A stretch of DNA of 64,000 bases from Isurus oxyrinchus. Lineage: Eukaryota. This document shows, one piece after another, positions 23,532 to 37,265 of the stretch (positions within the stretch are counted from its first letter, which is position 1; every line of letters begins with the position of its first letter). The notes beneath the pieces were generated by a model. That model searched no databases. It saw nothing but the letters and a program-made list of their open reading frames with translations, and was not told the origin of the DNA. Both the position numbers and the translations under genes were made by a program. The stretch is from assembly GCA_026770705.1 (NCBI GenBank), contig JANJGN010000006.1:44020001-44084000 (forward strand). The letters run 5' to 3'.

Positions 23532-25369
23532 TTTAATATGGAGAGCTGTTCTCCCAGCAGTTAATATTTAAATGTTTACAAGGTAAGGACAGCAGTGGCT
23601 GTACAGTCTAAACATTTTAATTAACTTCAGATGAATTTAAAACGAGCCCAGGAAGCGTAAGGGACGTCCCTGTTATATGTAAATTGATGCTGGAGTTGCA
23701 TACCACACAGTGTCAAAACCAAACAGCTTTAGATTGGCTCCTTCAGGGAATCAATTCCTTGGAGTCAGGCTGTATCTTGACTGGATTTATATTGCAACTT
23801 TAGTGTCTGTGTAAAACTAATATTGTAGGATAAATTCCCCCTAAAATACCAGGACAACCTATCTAGGAGGTTACAAGAATATAACATTTTCACTGTGCTA
23901 TAAGATTTTTTAAAGCTTGTGCTGTAGCCCTATGATATATCTTAAGTGCCAGCTTTGCCTTAAACTTTATGCTTTCCATTACTGGTAAAAAAAAACTTTA
24001 CATAGCATTCTTATTTTTACATCTTTGCTGTTGCTACCACAATTTTCCCTTAGTTAACGTTACTCCCATTCAATACTGAAGGCTTAATGGATGCCTTCAG
24101 TGTGCAATAAATGTTATTCATCCATCAGATGTTAATCTGGTTTGTGCTTTGAAAGGCAAACAATACATATATATAAAGTTTAATTTTAAAATGTTTGTTA
24201 ATAAGTGAGAAACAGTTGACTTTATTCAGTCTTCTGAACTCCAGTCAATTTTATAGTCATGTAAACTATGAATGAAAGCTATCAATTAAGTAGAGAAAGG
24301 GCAACATCATGCAGGCTGGCAGGATTTATGTAGTATGATATGAAACATGAGGTAGATAAGTTGAGACATGACAGGTACAAAGATATTACAAGGTATTTTG
24401 CAATTATTTTTCTGTGTGTTCATTTCTAGATAATGTACTTATATATGTGAGAATGTAGGGGGTATGTTCTGTCTGCCATATACTAATATATTCTTGTACT
24501 CTATTACTCAACTATCCTTGGTATCAGCGGTCATGTAATGCTGTGGTCCAACCTCTTTCCTGTCTCTTTTTTACCTACAACATCTAGAATGACTTTCACT
24601 TTTACTGAAAATAGCGAAAACCAGTAACTCAAGTAGAAAAAAAAACAACTAGGACAATTGTTTTGAATGACCATCAGGTCCATGACATCAATTCAAATTG
24701 GGATGACATAAAATACTTGAGTTTTATCCTTGCAGTTTGACTTCTCCAGAACAGGGAGATTCAGTAACTTCCTTGTAGCTAACTGCCAACCATCTATTAT
24801 TCTGTATCCATACTCCACTGATGGCAATCTATCTGAATAACCATTTACCCACCTCTGGTGCTAATCTCCCCTTTACAATCTATATCTTTCATTGTGTTAA
24901 GGACCAATTTGAAGAAGAGCAGGAAATACATTGGATTATTGGTGACAATTCTTTTCCCAACAATAAGAAGCAGTGGGATTTATACGGCAACTTTAAAATC
25001 ATAAATGTCTGTAGGTAGGTTTACATAGTGGATGGAATTTTATGCCGGCAAGATTTTACTGTCCTGTCAAAGTCAATGGACTTTTGAACAGCTCGTCACA
25101 TTTTACAGCCCTGCCCCTGTGGCAGTGAGTGTGTGCGTGGGTGGGTAGAGAGAGAAAAGAGAGAAAGGGAAAGAAAAAGTCAAAGACAAAAATAAATTGG
25201 TAATATCCTAAGGTAGGAGATTTAGAATAGGTACCTGGAAGCTTGATCAAAAAGATGGAGTTGAGAATGTTTCTGACATGTATGAGGTATAATTCAAGAC
25301 AATATAACTTGGGTGAATTTGTTGAAGAGTTCCATAATGAGGCAAATTGAGGGCAAGATGTGTAAAAGG

Positions 25370-28257
25370 CACTTCCCCTACCTCCACCTCAGCCAGGACC
25401 AGTGCCTGAGGCAGCTATGATTCACTAAAGAGGATGTCACTGAACTGTGCCAGGAACATGTCCAGTCCTAGCTTTTTAAAATAATGCTTCCACTACCTGG
25501 ACTGTTCAGCGAGGGGCCGCATTCACTGAAAGGCTCTCCAAACTCACAGTGGTCTACTACATTCTGCACAACTTAGCTGTCATGCAGGCAAGCCTTTGCC
25601 ACAAGGCCTTTGGTGAGCACCTTGGGAGGAGGAGAAGGAAGGTTGGAGGCATCCATGTTACCATCAGTCCAGATGAAATGTATGTGAGCAGCTCATCATA
25701 CTCGGAATTCCCTGACAACATTCCCACATCACTGTTGCTCCACAGTTTCCCATCTTTCTGTCCCTCTGTTATGGAACATCACAATATCTCTCGGCCAGAA
25801 TCCTGAATCGAAAGACAGAACAAAAAAATATTCCAAAACAACTTTATCCAATAATACATACAAAACTGAATATAAATCCTTTTACTTTCTTGTAGTGTCT
25901 GGCTTGCAGATGTCTTTACCTGTCCTGGTTCTCTACACAGTGCTACCCCAATGATTACAGCATGGTGGGTAGAAGGTTGTTGACTTTCAGTGGGCAAGAC
26001 TGTAGATGGCCTTGCAGGATGACCTTGAGCAACTCTGGAGCTTGAGGACCTATATTCAAATGGCAGTGTCTTAGCATGTGTATTCTGGGCTGGCTGGCTA
26101 AGAGGCATCAGAAGGGATACTGGTAGAATGGCAGTGGTGGGAGCATGAATGTTGTCTTCCTGACAGGCAAGCTCTTGAACCAGGGAGCCACTGTCATCCC
26201 TCCAGGGCAGTGCCTCAGTCATTCAAGTAATCTGTTGGTGAGGGTCTTCAAGCCCCTTTTAGTGCTTTCAGCAGTCTGAGCCTGCATAGCAACAAATAAG
26301 CATGGACCACAGTCTAAGCCTCCACTGCAGCTCTTAGACATTGGGTGGCTTCAGTTCATGCTGCAATGGAAGCTGAGAATTCAGTCACCAGATGCTGCAT
26401 CACGGTTGGATCTGCAAGTGCTGGCATGGAATAAGCCACTACTTTCACACTGGAAGGGATGGGCTCCAAGCTCTGCGGATAGTCCTGTGCTATGTTGGAA
26501 CTTGTCATTGATGCTTGACAGACTCTATGGGGAGAATTATCCCCCCCGTCTGGGGAGTTGTGCTGGGGCGGGCGCGAACCCGATCAGCGCCCACAATCAG
26601 GTGCTTGCCGCCATTTTATGTGGGCTGGCCAATTAAAGCCTGCCCAGCGTGACACACGCCTGGAAGCGCTGAACCCTCCCTGTGCGGGCGGGGGGGGGAG
26701 GAATTCCCTGAGTCGGGGCCTGTGCTCTTTCACGCATGCGTGCGAAGCGCAGAAATCTCTCTGCAGCACAGAGGTACTTCAGGGAGATTAGTTTAAGTTT
26801 TGAAAAGCTAAATAAAGAAAAGAAAAATATTTAAGGCATGTCCCCCCATGTGACAGTGTCCATGAGCTGGGATATGTCATTGAATTTTTATAAAAACTTA
26901 TTCAATTTATAAACATTTTATGAAACATTATCCCGCCCGTGGATGAGGTTCCATGAAAAATGCAAAGGCCGCCTGGGCTCTTCACCTGCCCGCCAACCTT
27001 AAGGTTGGACGGGCAGTTCAGTTTATTGATTTAATTAGTTTTTAAATGGCCTTAATAGGCCTTTGACAGTTCGGCGGGTGCGCAGCCGAGTTGGCCCGAA
27101 ATCACCCCACGTCATTTTATGTCTCGGCGAGCGGGCCCTGCCCCCGTTAGCCGAGCCCAAAATTCTGGCCTATGACACGTCTTGGTGGACCAAACATCCC
27201 TGTCTGCATACCCATCAGCATTCTCCTGTAAGCCACTCCATCAATGTTCGCACCTGAGTCCGTTGCAGCGGAACTCATCTGTGACCTTGCCCTCTGGAAA
27301 GCTGGAATATGTGCTATCCTTTCCCCCTGGATTAGCTGCAGCCCAGTCCTGCTCATGTGCAGATCCTGACTCTATACCATCCTCCAAAGTACACACAGTA
27401 CCAGTATCTGAACAGGTGACTGCAAGTGTCAGATAAAGTGATGATTCTACTTCATTAGATGTCTGCTTTGTTCATGGCCTTCACCATGAGACTGCACTAG
27501 CTGGCTAGGTGGCAGGTGTTGAGTATCTAAAAGCACAAACGCAGAAGGGAGGGTTGAGGGTGAGGGAAGGGGATGGGATTGGATGGAAAGAAAGAACTCC
27601 ATGGTCACAAGATCTGCAGCTAATACTTTATGCCAGATTGCAGGATGAGGATGAAGTGCGATTTAAGAAAGTGCATAAAGCAGGAATATACCATTATCCT
27701 GAATATTCTCTGTGATGTTCATTGTAATGGCCTCAGTCACTATGGCACCGATAATTTGCATTACCATCTGCTCCAAGGGACTCAGGAGTTGTAGGCTTAC
27801 CTGTCTACAGTAGGTTCCCACTAGCTCCTTCCTGTGATGGGCCACTTTGACCTGCAAGAGAGAGGGGTGGTGTCAGTGAGTGTATTGCAATGTGTTTGTG
27901 TGATGTGTCTGTCATAGCTGAATAACCAGAAGTCTGTGAAAGCTGCAAGATGTGGGTGTGAAGCTGTAGTGTGTGAGGGTGAAATGGGGTATCTGAATAT
28001 GAGGCAGCAGTCCTGTTTGCTAGAGATTACTGATGAGTGAGTGATGGGTGTGTGATACATTGGGCATTGTGCGATTGGTGGTGTGATGGTGTAAGAGATT
28101 TAAAGATGCATCCTCTGATCTTGACCACACATGTAAGGTTATTGAGCTTTTTATGGCACTGCAGCTGGTCTTTAGGACAGGACTCCTTGAATTGTGGTCC
28201 CCATTGCCTTCACAGTATATATCTGGAGGAATTCCTGGCCCTCCTTGAAAACATGAT
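25370..28257. mobile_element. Old degenerate Harbinger element: transposase C-terminus (+) and Myb/SANT partner remnants (-)
   Basis: FKIMLPLPGLF/cttccactacctggactgttc..VVYYILHNLA resembles 39090-39190. 28120-28180 on the minus strand resembles the T.CH K KLN.L SANT helix. Confidence 0.55.
26529..27170. mobile_element. Harbinger-type MITE nested in the older Harbinger
   Basis: TIRs ggggagaatt and aattctggcc; TSD TAT. Confidence 0.85.
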
Positions 28258-29486
28258 GGGCTGGATTTTCATCCTATTGCCAGGTAGCAGGAGTGGGGAA
28301 ATTTCCTGCTTGGTGTACTTGCCTCAGATGAAAGTACTGCAAAGTACCAGTGGAATTTTCGTTCTGGGGGAGCAGGAGTTAACTGGAGACAGGTCTGTTC
28401 CTCTTGAAAGAGTTTGAGGCAACCACCAGGGGTGTAAGGTGCTGAGGCGGGCTGTTTAAAAGGCCGGCCTCAGTGCTCAGTTGTAATAAAATCAATAAAA
28501 TAAAAAGCAGACTTCTGCCCCTATCCCTTACATCCCCTCACCCCACACACGTTCCCCATGACCCATTCATGCCAACTTATGTCACCTCATTCCCCCACTC
28601 TTCCCGCATGGTCTCTTATACCCTTCATGCAAATCTATGTCCCTCCACCTATCCCAATGGCCCCTCATACCCCCCATAACAAGCTAGGCCCTCCCAATGG
28701 CCACATACCCTCTATGCCAATCCATGCCCCTCTACCCAACCCCAAACCTACTCATACCCTCCAAGCCAACCTATGGCACTTCCTTGCCCATTCACCAGGT
28801 ATACACTCTGTATAGAACCACTGAGCCATAGAGTAGCAACAACATGTGAAAAACATTTTTAAAATGTCATTCATTCATAAATTTCCAATTTCTTAAAAAA
28901 GTGCTTTTACTACAACTCTATAAAAGTGCCAATCAGCCAGACCCTTTAAAGTATCAGTAGTTGAAACTTTAAGCACTTGACACCTTTTTATCTTGGATAA
29001 ATAAAAATTCTGCAATGGGCAGAATAGATGACAGAGGAAGAGCAGTCAATCCAACAATGTTTCCCCTTTGGCGAATCTTTTTCAACACTCTAATGGATAT
29101 CTGAGCTCTCAGCCAATCCCCATTATGCATTCTTTGCTGAGAGCCCAGACATCCATTAAACTGTTGAATCATCAGCACCCAAGGAAAAGCATTGTTTGAT
29201 CAACAGCTTTTTCTTTGTGCTCTATTCTATCCATTATATAACATTAATTCACACCTGATAAAGAGGTGTGAAGCATTTGCAGTTTCAGCTACTGATACTT
29301 TAAAGGGTCTGGATGTTTGGCACTTTTATGGGCCAGCAGTAAAAACATTTTTGTAAAGAAATTACAAAATTATGAAGAAATGTTTTTTTAAATTTCCTTT
29401 CATGCATCTTTCGTTATTATAGGGTTCATTGGTCCTGTATGGGGTGTACATTGGGTGAATAGGCATGGAAGTGCCATAGGTTGGCA
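28258..29486. mobile_element. Fold-back MITE-like element with long internal inverted arms
   Basis: Starts ggctggattttc. About 28770-28970 is the reverse complement of 29280-29486. Confidence 0.6.
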
Positions 29487-30835
29487 TTTTTAAAATTCAC
29501 TCTTCGAATGTGGGCTTCGCTCGCTGGGCCAGCATTTATTGCCCATTCCTAGTTGCCCTTGAGAAGGCAGTGATGAGCTGCCTTCTTGAACCACTGCAGT
29601 CCATGTGGTGTAGGTACACCCACAGTGCTGTTAGGAAGGGAGTTCCAGGATTTTGACCCAGCGACATTGAAGGAACGGTGATATATTTCCAAGTCAGGAT
29701 GGTGAGTGACTTGGAGGGGAAGTTCCAGGTGGTGGTGTTCCCATGTATCTACTGCCTTTGTCCTTCTAGATGATAGTGGTCATGGATTTGGAAGGTGCTG
29801 TCAAAGGAGCCTTTGTGAATTCATGCAATGTATCTTGTAGACGGTACACACTGCTGCTACTGTGCGTTGGTGATGGAGGGCGTGAATGTTTGTGGACGTG
29901 GTGCCAATCAAGTGGGCTACTTTGTCCTGGACAGCTTCAAGCTTCTTGAGTGTTGTGGGAGCTGCATTTATCCAGGCAAGTGGGGAGTATTCCATCACAC
30001 TTCTGACTTGTGCCTTGTAGATGGTGGACTTTGGGAGTCAAGAGGTGAATTACTTGTTGCACGATTCCTAGCCTCTGACCTGCTCTTGGAGCCGCAGTAT
30101 TTATATGGCTCGTCTAGTTAAGGTTCTGGTCAATGGTAGCCCCCAGGATGTTGATAGTGAGGGTTATTCAGTGGTGGTAATGCCATCAAACATCAAGGGG
30201 CGATGGTTGGGTTCTCTCTTGTTGGCGATGGTCATTGTCTGACACTAATGTGGCATGAATATTACTTGGATATTGTCCAGGTCTTGCTGCATTTGGACAT
30301 GAACTGCTTCAGCACCTGAGGAGTCACAAATGGTGCTGAACATTGTGCAATGATCAGCAAATATCCTCACTTCTGACCTTAGAATAGAAGGAAGGTCATT
30401 GATGAAGCATCTGAAGACGGTTGGTCTGAGGACACTACTCTGAGGAACTCCTGCAGTGATGTCCTGGAGCTGAGATGACCAACCTCCAACGACCACAACT
30501 ATCTTCCTTTGTGCTAGTTATGACTCCAACCAGTGGAGAGTTTTCCCCCTGGTGCCCATTGATTCCAGTTTTGCCATATTCAGTGAAATGCTGCCTTGAT
30601 GTCAAGGGCAGTCACTCTCACCTCACCTCGGGAGTTCAGCTCTTCTATCCATGTTTGAGCCAAGGATGTAATGAGGTCAGGAGCTGAGTGGTCCTGGCGG
30701 AACCAAAACTGAGTGTCAGTGAGCAGATTATTGCTAAGCAATTTCCGCTTGATAGCACTGTTGATGACCCCTTCCATTACTTTACTGATGATCAAGAGTA
30801 GACTGATGAGGCGGTAATTGGCCGGGTTGGATTTG
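29487..30835 (-). mobile_element. HER1-type (CR1 clade) LINE, RT through 3' tail
   Basis: ALDIKAAF; AGVPQSSVLRPTVFRCFINDLP; IFADHC; MEYSPLAW. Confidence 0.9.
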
Positions 30836-31982
30836 TTTATGAAAATTGTGAGAGACTACGACATGCCACTGGTAGTTTTATTCCTCGGGGAGAATAGTTT
30901 TGATACAGCTCCAACATGTGCTGCAGCCAGAAGGCACTTTCCCTTTAAGAGGTGTGGGCTAGCTTTAACTCATGTGAACTTCACACCTGGGCCCCCTGCT
31001 GGGAATATAGCCAGTCAGCAGCACATTTAACTTTGTGCTGCATGTTACAGTCATGGTGATCAGCAATCAGCATGAAATTTATGTGAGCTTGTGTCACCTT
31101 GGACAGACGTCGTGTAATTGCTCATCGTGATTCATGTGCCCACAATCTGACTCTTTCCGATTTTTTAGCCTTTGAAAAAAACCCTTTTCTTCATTCTCTG
31201 TTTCAGAGAAATAAAATTCAGTCTTGGGTTGCTTTTACATGTCTATAAGCTGTGATCATTCTACTGAGTCTTCATGTACCTTGTCCATGCCCTTAACATT
31301 CTTCTTAAAACAAAGTGGCCAGGCCAAATGCCTAATAGGACTGAATCCTTAATGAGTAGTTTTCACATTCCCGTGCTTCCAGCAGGGAGCTGGATTTGCA
31401 TGACTATGCTCCCAAAAGGTGCAGCATTTGATAGGATGCGTTGCAGGAAATTGTAGGCACACTGCCCGTGGCTTTCAACAGTTTAAATGAATGGATGGAA
31501 AATCATGGGCTCTGCCATTGTGGTTTACCATGATGCAATCCCTATAAGTGCCACTCTTCCAGGTCAGTAGGAGTGTAGAATCAGCTCTGACACTCCAACT
31601 GTGATCATACCAATATCTTGAGTAAATTCAACATCACTTAGTTGCTTTATAATTAGTGCCTCTTGCATATACAGAAATTCACACCAGATTTATATTTAAA
31701 CGCCTATACATTTCAGATAACCAATTTCGGAGCTATTTCATATTATTTAGTGTCTATTGAGCATTTGGATAGTTGCTGATCTCCATCAAGCTGCAACAGT
31801 ATGGAATCGAATTTTTTGAAAAGTGCATTGGGGATATCAAAGCACACACAGTTTCTACCAAATTTTAGTCTTTTAGAATGGCCTAGACCAAACTGATTAA
31901 GCTGTCAGACTAAAGATATAGATGGAAAAATTTGTTTGTGTAGCACCTCTTCAAGTGGTGCTAATCAGACTTATGTCCATTC

Positions 31983-32138
31983 CCTGGTGGCAGACAAATC
32001 CACAGGTCACTATCTGTGTGTCCTGCACGGGTTTCCTCATTGATTGAAGAAACCCACATGATTTGTGCAGGTCTGCGGAGCTGTCTGCCTCTAAGGCAAT
32101 GGGTGTCGACTGTGTAGCGCTGCTTGAAACGATGATAC
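31983..32138 (+). pseudogene. PKHD1: PKHD1 relic, human aa ~1746-1793
   Basis: GGRQIH..VSCTGF..VCGAVC vs GGRLVHVFGAGF..VCGAPC. Followed by a donor-like gtgagc at 32139. Confidence 0.55.
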
Positions 32139-32234
32139 GTGAGCAAGTATTTCTCCCATACAGATTAAATTGAAATAGATAAAAGAAGCTTATGATAAAT
32201 GTCAGGCTTATATTCCAGTAAAGCAAAAGGCTGA

Positions 32235-34070
32235 ACAAAAAGTACAGAGGAGAATTGAAAAAGGAAATAAGAGGGGCATGAGAGAGTATGAGAATAGATT
32301 AATGGGTAACATAGAAGAAAACCTTAAAGTTTCCTGTTAACATTTAAAAAGTGAAAGAATCATCAAAGGAAAGGTAGGATGAAGCATCGAAATGGAGATG
32401 GGGCAGAGGGCTGAGATACTAAATGAGTTCTTTCATTATCTTCTTCACCAAAGAAGAGGATGCTGCCAATGTCACAAGAACAAAAGAAGATGGTAGAGAA
32501 ATTGGATAGGACAAAAATAGAAAAAGTAGAGGCACTTAAAAGATTGGCAGTCCTCAAAGTAGAAAAGTCAACCAGACTGAATAGGCTGCAGCCTAGTGAA
32601 GTAAAGCTGAAAACTGTGGAGACTCTGGCCACAGTTTTTCAATTCTCTTTAGATATGGAAGTGAAGGCTCAGAACTGGAGGACTGCAAATATTACACCAT
32701 TGTTTAAAAATGGGGAACGGGTTAAACCTGGCAACTATAAGCCAGTAGGTCTAATGGTAGTGGTGGGTAAACTATTCGAAACATTAACCTGGAACAGAAT
32801 GAATTAACATTTGGAAAACTATGGATCACTAAATGAAAATGGGCATGGTTTTGTTCAAGGCAAATCATGTTGGATCAACTTGATTGAATTCTTGAAGTAA
32901 CAGAGAGGGTACTCAATGTGGTGGGGTTAGTGTTGTGTATATGAACTTTTAAAAGGTATTTGGTAAATTACCACATATCAGACTTGTTGGCAAATAATAG
33001 ATTTGCTGGCAAAATTGAAGCCATGGAATTAAATGGGCAATGGCAATGTGAATGTAAACTGGCTAAGGGACAGAAAGTAGGGTAGTGGTGATGAATGGCT
33101 GTTTTTCAGACTGGTGGGAATTGTACAGTGTTGTTCCTCAGGGGTCAATGTTCAGACTTCTGTTCTTTTTATTATAAATAAATGGCCAGGACTGGGATCT
33201 AATTGCAAAGTTTTCACTGACACAAAACTCAGAAATGTATCAAATAATGGGGAGGACAGGAACAGATCTCATGAGGCCATAGACTGGTGAAATGCACAGG
33301 CACATGGCAGATGAAGTGTAGACAAAGTGTGAAGTAATTAATCTTGTTAGGAAGAAAGAGGAGAGACATTATACGCTAAATGGTACAATTATAAAGTGGG
33401 GTCTGGGAATAGAGAGACCTGGGGATCTAAATACACAAGTCTTTGAAGATGGTAGGACAAGTTGGATACTGGATCTTTGGCTCAGAGTACAAAAACAAGG
33501 AACTGATGTAAAACCTTTATAAAACACTGGTTAGGCCCCAGTTGGGTTAATGTATCCAATTCTGGGCACTGCATTTGAGGGAGGATGTTAAGGCCTTAGA
33601 GGGAGTGCAAAGGAGGTCTGCTAGTTTCCAGGGATGAAAGACTTCAGTTACATGGAGAGACTAGTGAAATGGCAGTTAGGACAAAGAAAGATGAGAGGAG
33701 AATTTATACAGTTGTGCAAAATCTTGAAGGATATTGAGAAAGTATCTTTAGGAGAAAGTGTTAAGAGTGGCAGAAGGATTGGTAACCAGAGACCACAGAT
33801 TTAAAATAATTGGCGTAAGAGTCATCGTGAGGAAAACAATTTTTACACAATAAAAGTTGTTAAGGTCTAGAGTGCACTGTTTCAAAGGGTGGTGGTAGCA
33901 GACTCAATAGGGACATAATCCAATAGAGAATTGGATAATTACTTGAAAAATAAGAAAATGCTAGGTTATAGGGAAAGAGCAGGGAAGTGGGAATATTTGG
34001 ATAGTTTTTCCAAAGAGCCAACACAGGATTGGCCTCTTTTTGTGCTGTATCATTCTATGATTCTATGATT
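32235..34070 (+). mobile_element. CR1 LINE ORF2 remnant with 3' tail
   Basis: NWRTANITPLFKNGERVKPGNYKPVGL and an (attctatg)n tail. Confidence 0.9.
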
Positions 34071-34868
34071 TAGAATTGGAAACCGTGTTGTTTCAGTGAA
34101 TATGCTAATAAACTGCAATTCCAGGTTAAAAAAATGCTCTCATCAATGAAGGTTTTAGGTCAAACAGAGCCTCTTGTCGTCTCTAATCTTCTGGGGCAGG
34201 CGGTCCTCATTCAGACCATGCTGATATGGAGCTGTTATAGCTACTGTTACTTCAGACCAACTAACCTAGTTATGATGATTTCTTTGGACGAGTGACCAGT
34301 AGTTAGTATCTGATGGGGGAAAGATGGGGAAGGATGGAAAAAGAACAAAAAGGAAAGTTTGTGATAGGGCGGAAGATGGGAAATATTAAAGACTTTTGTG
34401 TTAGCACCTGACAGATTTATTTCTCTTTTCTATGTCAGTCTTATTCTCTCTCTCATCCTCAAATAGGTGGTCTTGAAAAGCAGCCGCATCAGAAATCGAA
34501 CCTTCAGCTCCTCAGAGGGATACTTGTATTTTTACCCTCATTTCTTAATTCACTATTCACTGAGATTTCAAAGCAGTGAAATTAATCATAGCAGCTGCAA
34601 GAAATGATTCTGATAAATTTTGAATGATGTTATAAAAAACAATTGCAGAAAAGTATAACTATGAGAACAGTTTATTATCTGAATAAAGAAATACATCATG
34701 ATCTTGTGCTTTGATGTAGAAATGACTAAATTACCTTTGCCAAGGGTCAAAGGCCATGGGAAAACTGAGTCTTTGGTTCATTTGTAATTACCTACTTGAA
34801 AGTGAGCAATGATGGGAAGGAGCAAACCGCGCAAACAAATTTCCAACTTCTTTTTGTTCCATTTTTGG

Positions 34869-35520
34869 AGTAATTTCTCTGTTTGCTTTTGTGGGTCCTG
34901 CAGAGTTCCAGCTGGTTTGTGGGATATCGACCACAAGATGGCGACAATGTAACAGTGGGGAATGGCCAGACACGAGATACTAACACCAGTGCTGTACTTC
35001 CTGCATGTCAAAGGTCAGGTTCTTTCCATAAGTTTAATACACTGTTTATGTCAACCTCTGAACTTGTATTGAGAGCACTCAATTTAGCTTGAGAGCTGCA
35101 ACCTGAACAGCTGCCTGTCCTTCCTAAAAGGATTTAAGTTTTTATTTATTTTTAGCTGAGAGATTAAAGATAACAGTTTCGTTATTCCAATTTTTTTTAA
35201 GTTAACTTTTGAGGCTTTAATTGTTACAATGGCAGCAGCGCTCTCGAGAATGGATGAACCTAAGTTTGGTTCTAATTTAACCATTAAGTGTTTAACTAGT
35301 CCTTGCCAAAGTTTTGTCTCAAAATGAAAATACTCTATTTGACAGAGCATTTTTGCAGCATGATGCTGCCTTAATACTTCTGTCTGAATTCATTTTAAAG
35401 GGACTTTAATAACCTTCACACAAAACAGGCCTTACTTTAAGAAGTCCCTAGGGCCATAAAATGGCTGTCTCATCTTGTCAACACATGCGATAACTACTTG
35501 TACTACTGCTTCCATCCACC
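34869..35520 (+). pseudogene. PKHD1: PKHD1 relic, first G8 domain and downstream region (human aa ~1918-2140)
   Basis: [45 protein letters not shown] vs [47 protein letters not shown], with two frameshifts. Then PLNL..HSI, NSFVIPIF, LIV/NGSSAL, IKCL, GLTLRSP and VSSCQHMR*LLVLLL all match in order. Confidence 0.9.
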
Positions 35521-36944
35521 TGGTGTCAGTAGTGGTTCAGTGGTAGCAATCTTGCTTCTCAGCTAAATTTTGTTAATATTAAAGAAGTCCCGCCACTGGG
35601 ACCGAAATCAAGAATCAATCCCGCAGAGCTGGTGATGGGACCTTGGGTGGCATTTTGCTGGTGGACCAATTAACGGGCTGCTGTCAGAACCTCCATCCAA
35701 TTGGGGATGGTGGCCTGCTTGACTGGTAGCTTGGCAGTGCCACTATTACATTTGGCCTCTGTTGAGGCTGCAAGATGGAAAGGCTGCCTCAATGCCAAAG
35801 ACCCCTTGAAGACAGGTAGGTTTGTTTTCAGGAGGTTGGACCAGGCAGGCAGGCACAGGTGATTATGGGAAAGGGCATTATCCTCAAGTGGGTACGTTGT
35901 TGCACCTGGGATGGCTAAAGTCCCTGGGCTGACCCTTCTATGGGCCATGGAGCAACTATTAAGCAGGGATCCCATGGGAACCTGGTGGTCACCCATATGT
36001 CGGCAGGCCCTCATACATGGGCAAAATCCTAGTGGCGGTAGGAACTGGCCCATAATTAGGCCCTTATGTGGTTCAATTGGCTACCCAGCAGGCAGCCATG
36101 TCACTGAGGTTCGTGCAATATGCCATGGTGGCAGAAAGACATCAAACTCCCTTCCCAATGTCCTCGTCAGCCAAGTAAGCAGCCCTCCCACCTCCCAGTT
36201 CATCAGTATAGGGCTCGGAAGATTCAGCCTTCTGAGTCAGAAAGTTATGAGCTTCAAGTCCCATTACAAAGACTTGGGTCTTTATTTTTAATCCAGCGTC
36301 AGGATTGCAAAGCCTGGATAAATTCCGGATCCTGATCCCTTGCCTCATCTGTGTCACCAGCAGATGCCCTAATTGGGCTGGTGGCGAGTTTGGCATCCAG
36401 TTAGTGGCTCCCAGTGCTGCCTGGAAACAGGAGCTGACTGCTAAGCACAACCGTCAAAGGCAGGCAGAAGCCATGATGAGGCCTGCCTTGCAGAGTAGGC
36501 ATCTGAGGGCCAGTAGCCCTATACCACAGACGTGGTCAAATGGCCAACATAAATTTACTACACTTGATCTGAGATAATAACCCTTATCGGCAAAAATGAA
36601 TCCTCAGAAAAAAACATTACTTGATTGCTCCCCAAATCAAACCTGACAGCTATGCACTAATGTGCACCAGATTGTTCAAGTTTGGCGATTTGAGATTTGA
36701 ACATCGCCTTCTGGTTCTCACCAGCCCACTAACAAAGTCCTCAAAGAGCTTAACAGGGAGTTAAGCAGGCAAGTGGGTTCCCAGGTTTTCAGTTTACCTA
36801 CCCCTCCCACCGCCCCCACTGCCCTTGCTTTGAAAGTAGCAATGCATCCTGGAGGGGTTGGGTACTGACATGCCATCCGGGAGGACTATTTTCAAAGTTT
36901 GCCCGCCCCTGTTCATGCCTCCACAGGCAATTGAAAATCATGGC

Positions 36945-37255
36945 TTTGATTACTCCTGAGCAGTACAAAAGGGGTGCTGTACTGTCGGAGGTACTGTCTC
37001 TCAGATGAGAGATCAATAACCTCTCAGATGGACACAAAAGAGCTCATGGCACTGTCTTCCTGGTCTCTTGGTCAATCAACAAACATCACTAAAAACAGAT
37101 TAGCTGGTCATTATCTCATTCGTATTCACGTGACCTTGCTGTGTGCAAATTGGTTTCCATGTTTCATAATTACAACAGTGACTACACTTCAAAAATATTT
37201 CATTGATTGTAAGGTGTTTTGGACCATTCTGAGGGTGTGAAAGACAGTGTACTTG
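36945..37255 (+). mobile_element. Deu-domain SINE body; tRNA-like head pieces at ~35525-35560 and ~36232-36285
   Basis: gtgctgtactgtcggaggtactgtctctcagatgag..ctctcagatggacacaaaagagctcatggcact resembles the DeuSINE core as recalled. Confidence 0.6.
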
Positions 37256-37265
37256 TCTTTCTTTT

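Noticed and set aside
34240-34780. Possible PKHD1 segments (SDQLT*L**FLW, LAPDRF, HSSC)
   Set aside because: The position fits, but the similarity is too weak to list by eye.
34904-35013. Functional exon using the cag acceptor at 34901-34903 and the donor at 35014
   Set aside because: There is an internal frameshift (DTNTS and LYFLHVK are in different frames), and the neighbouring segments are full of stops.
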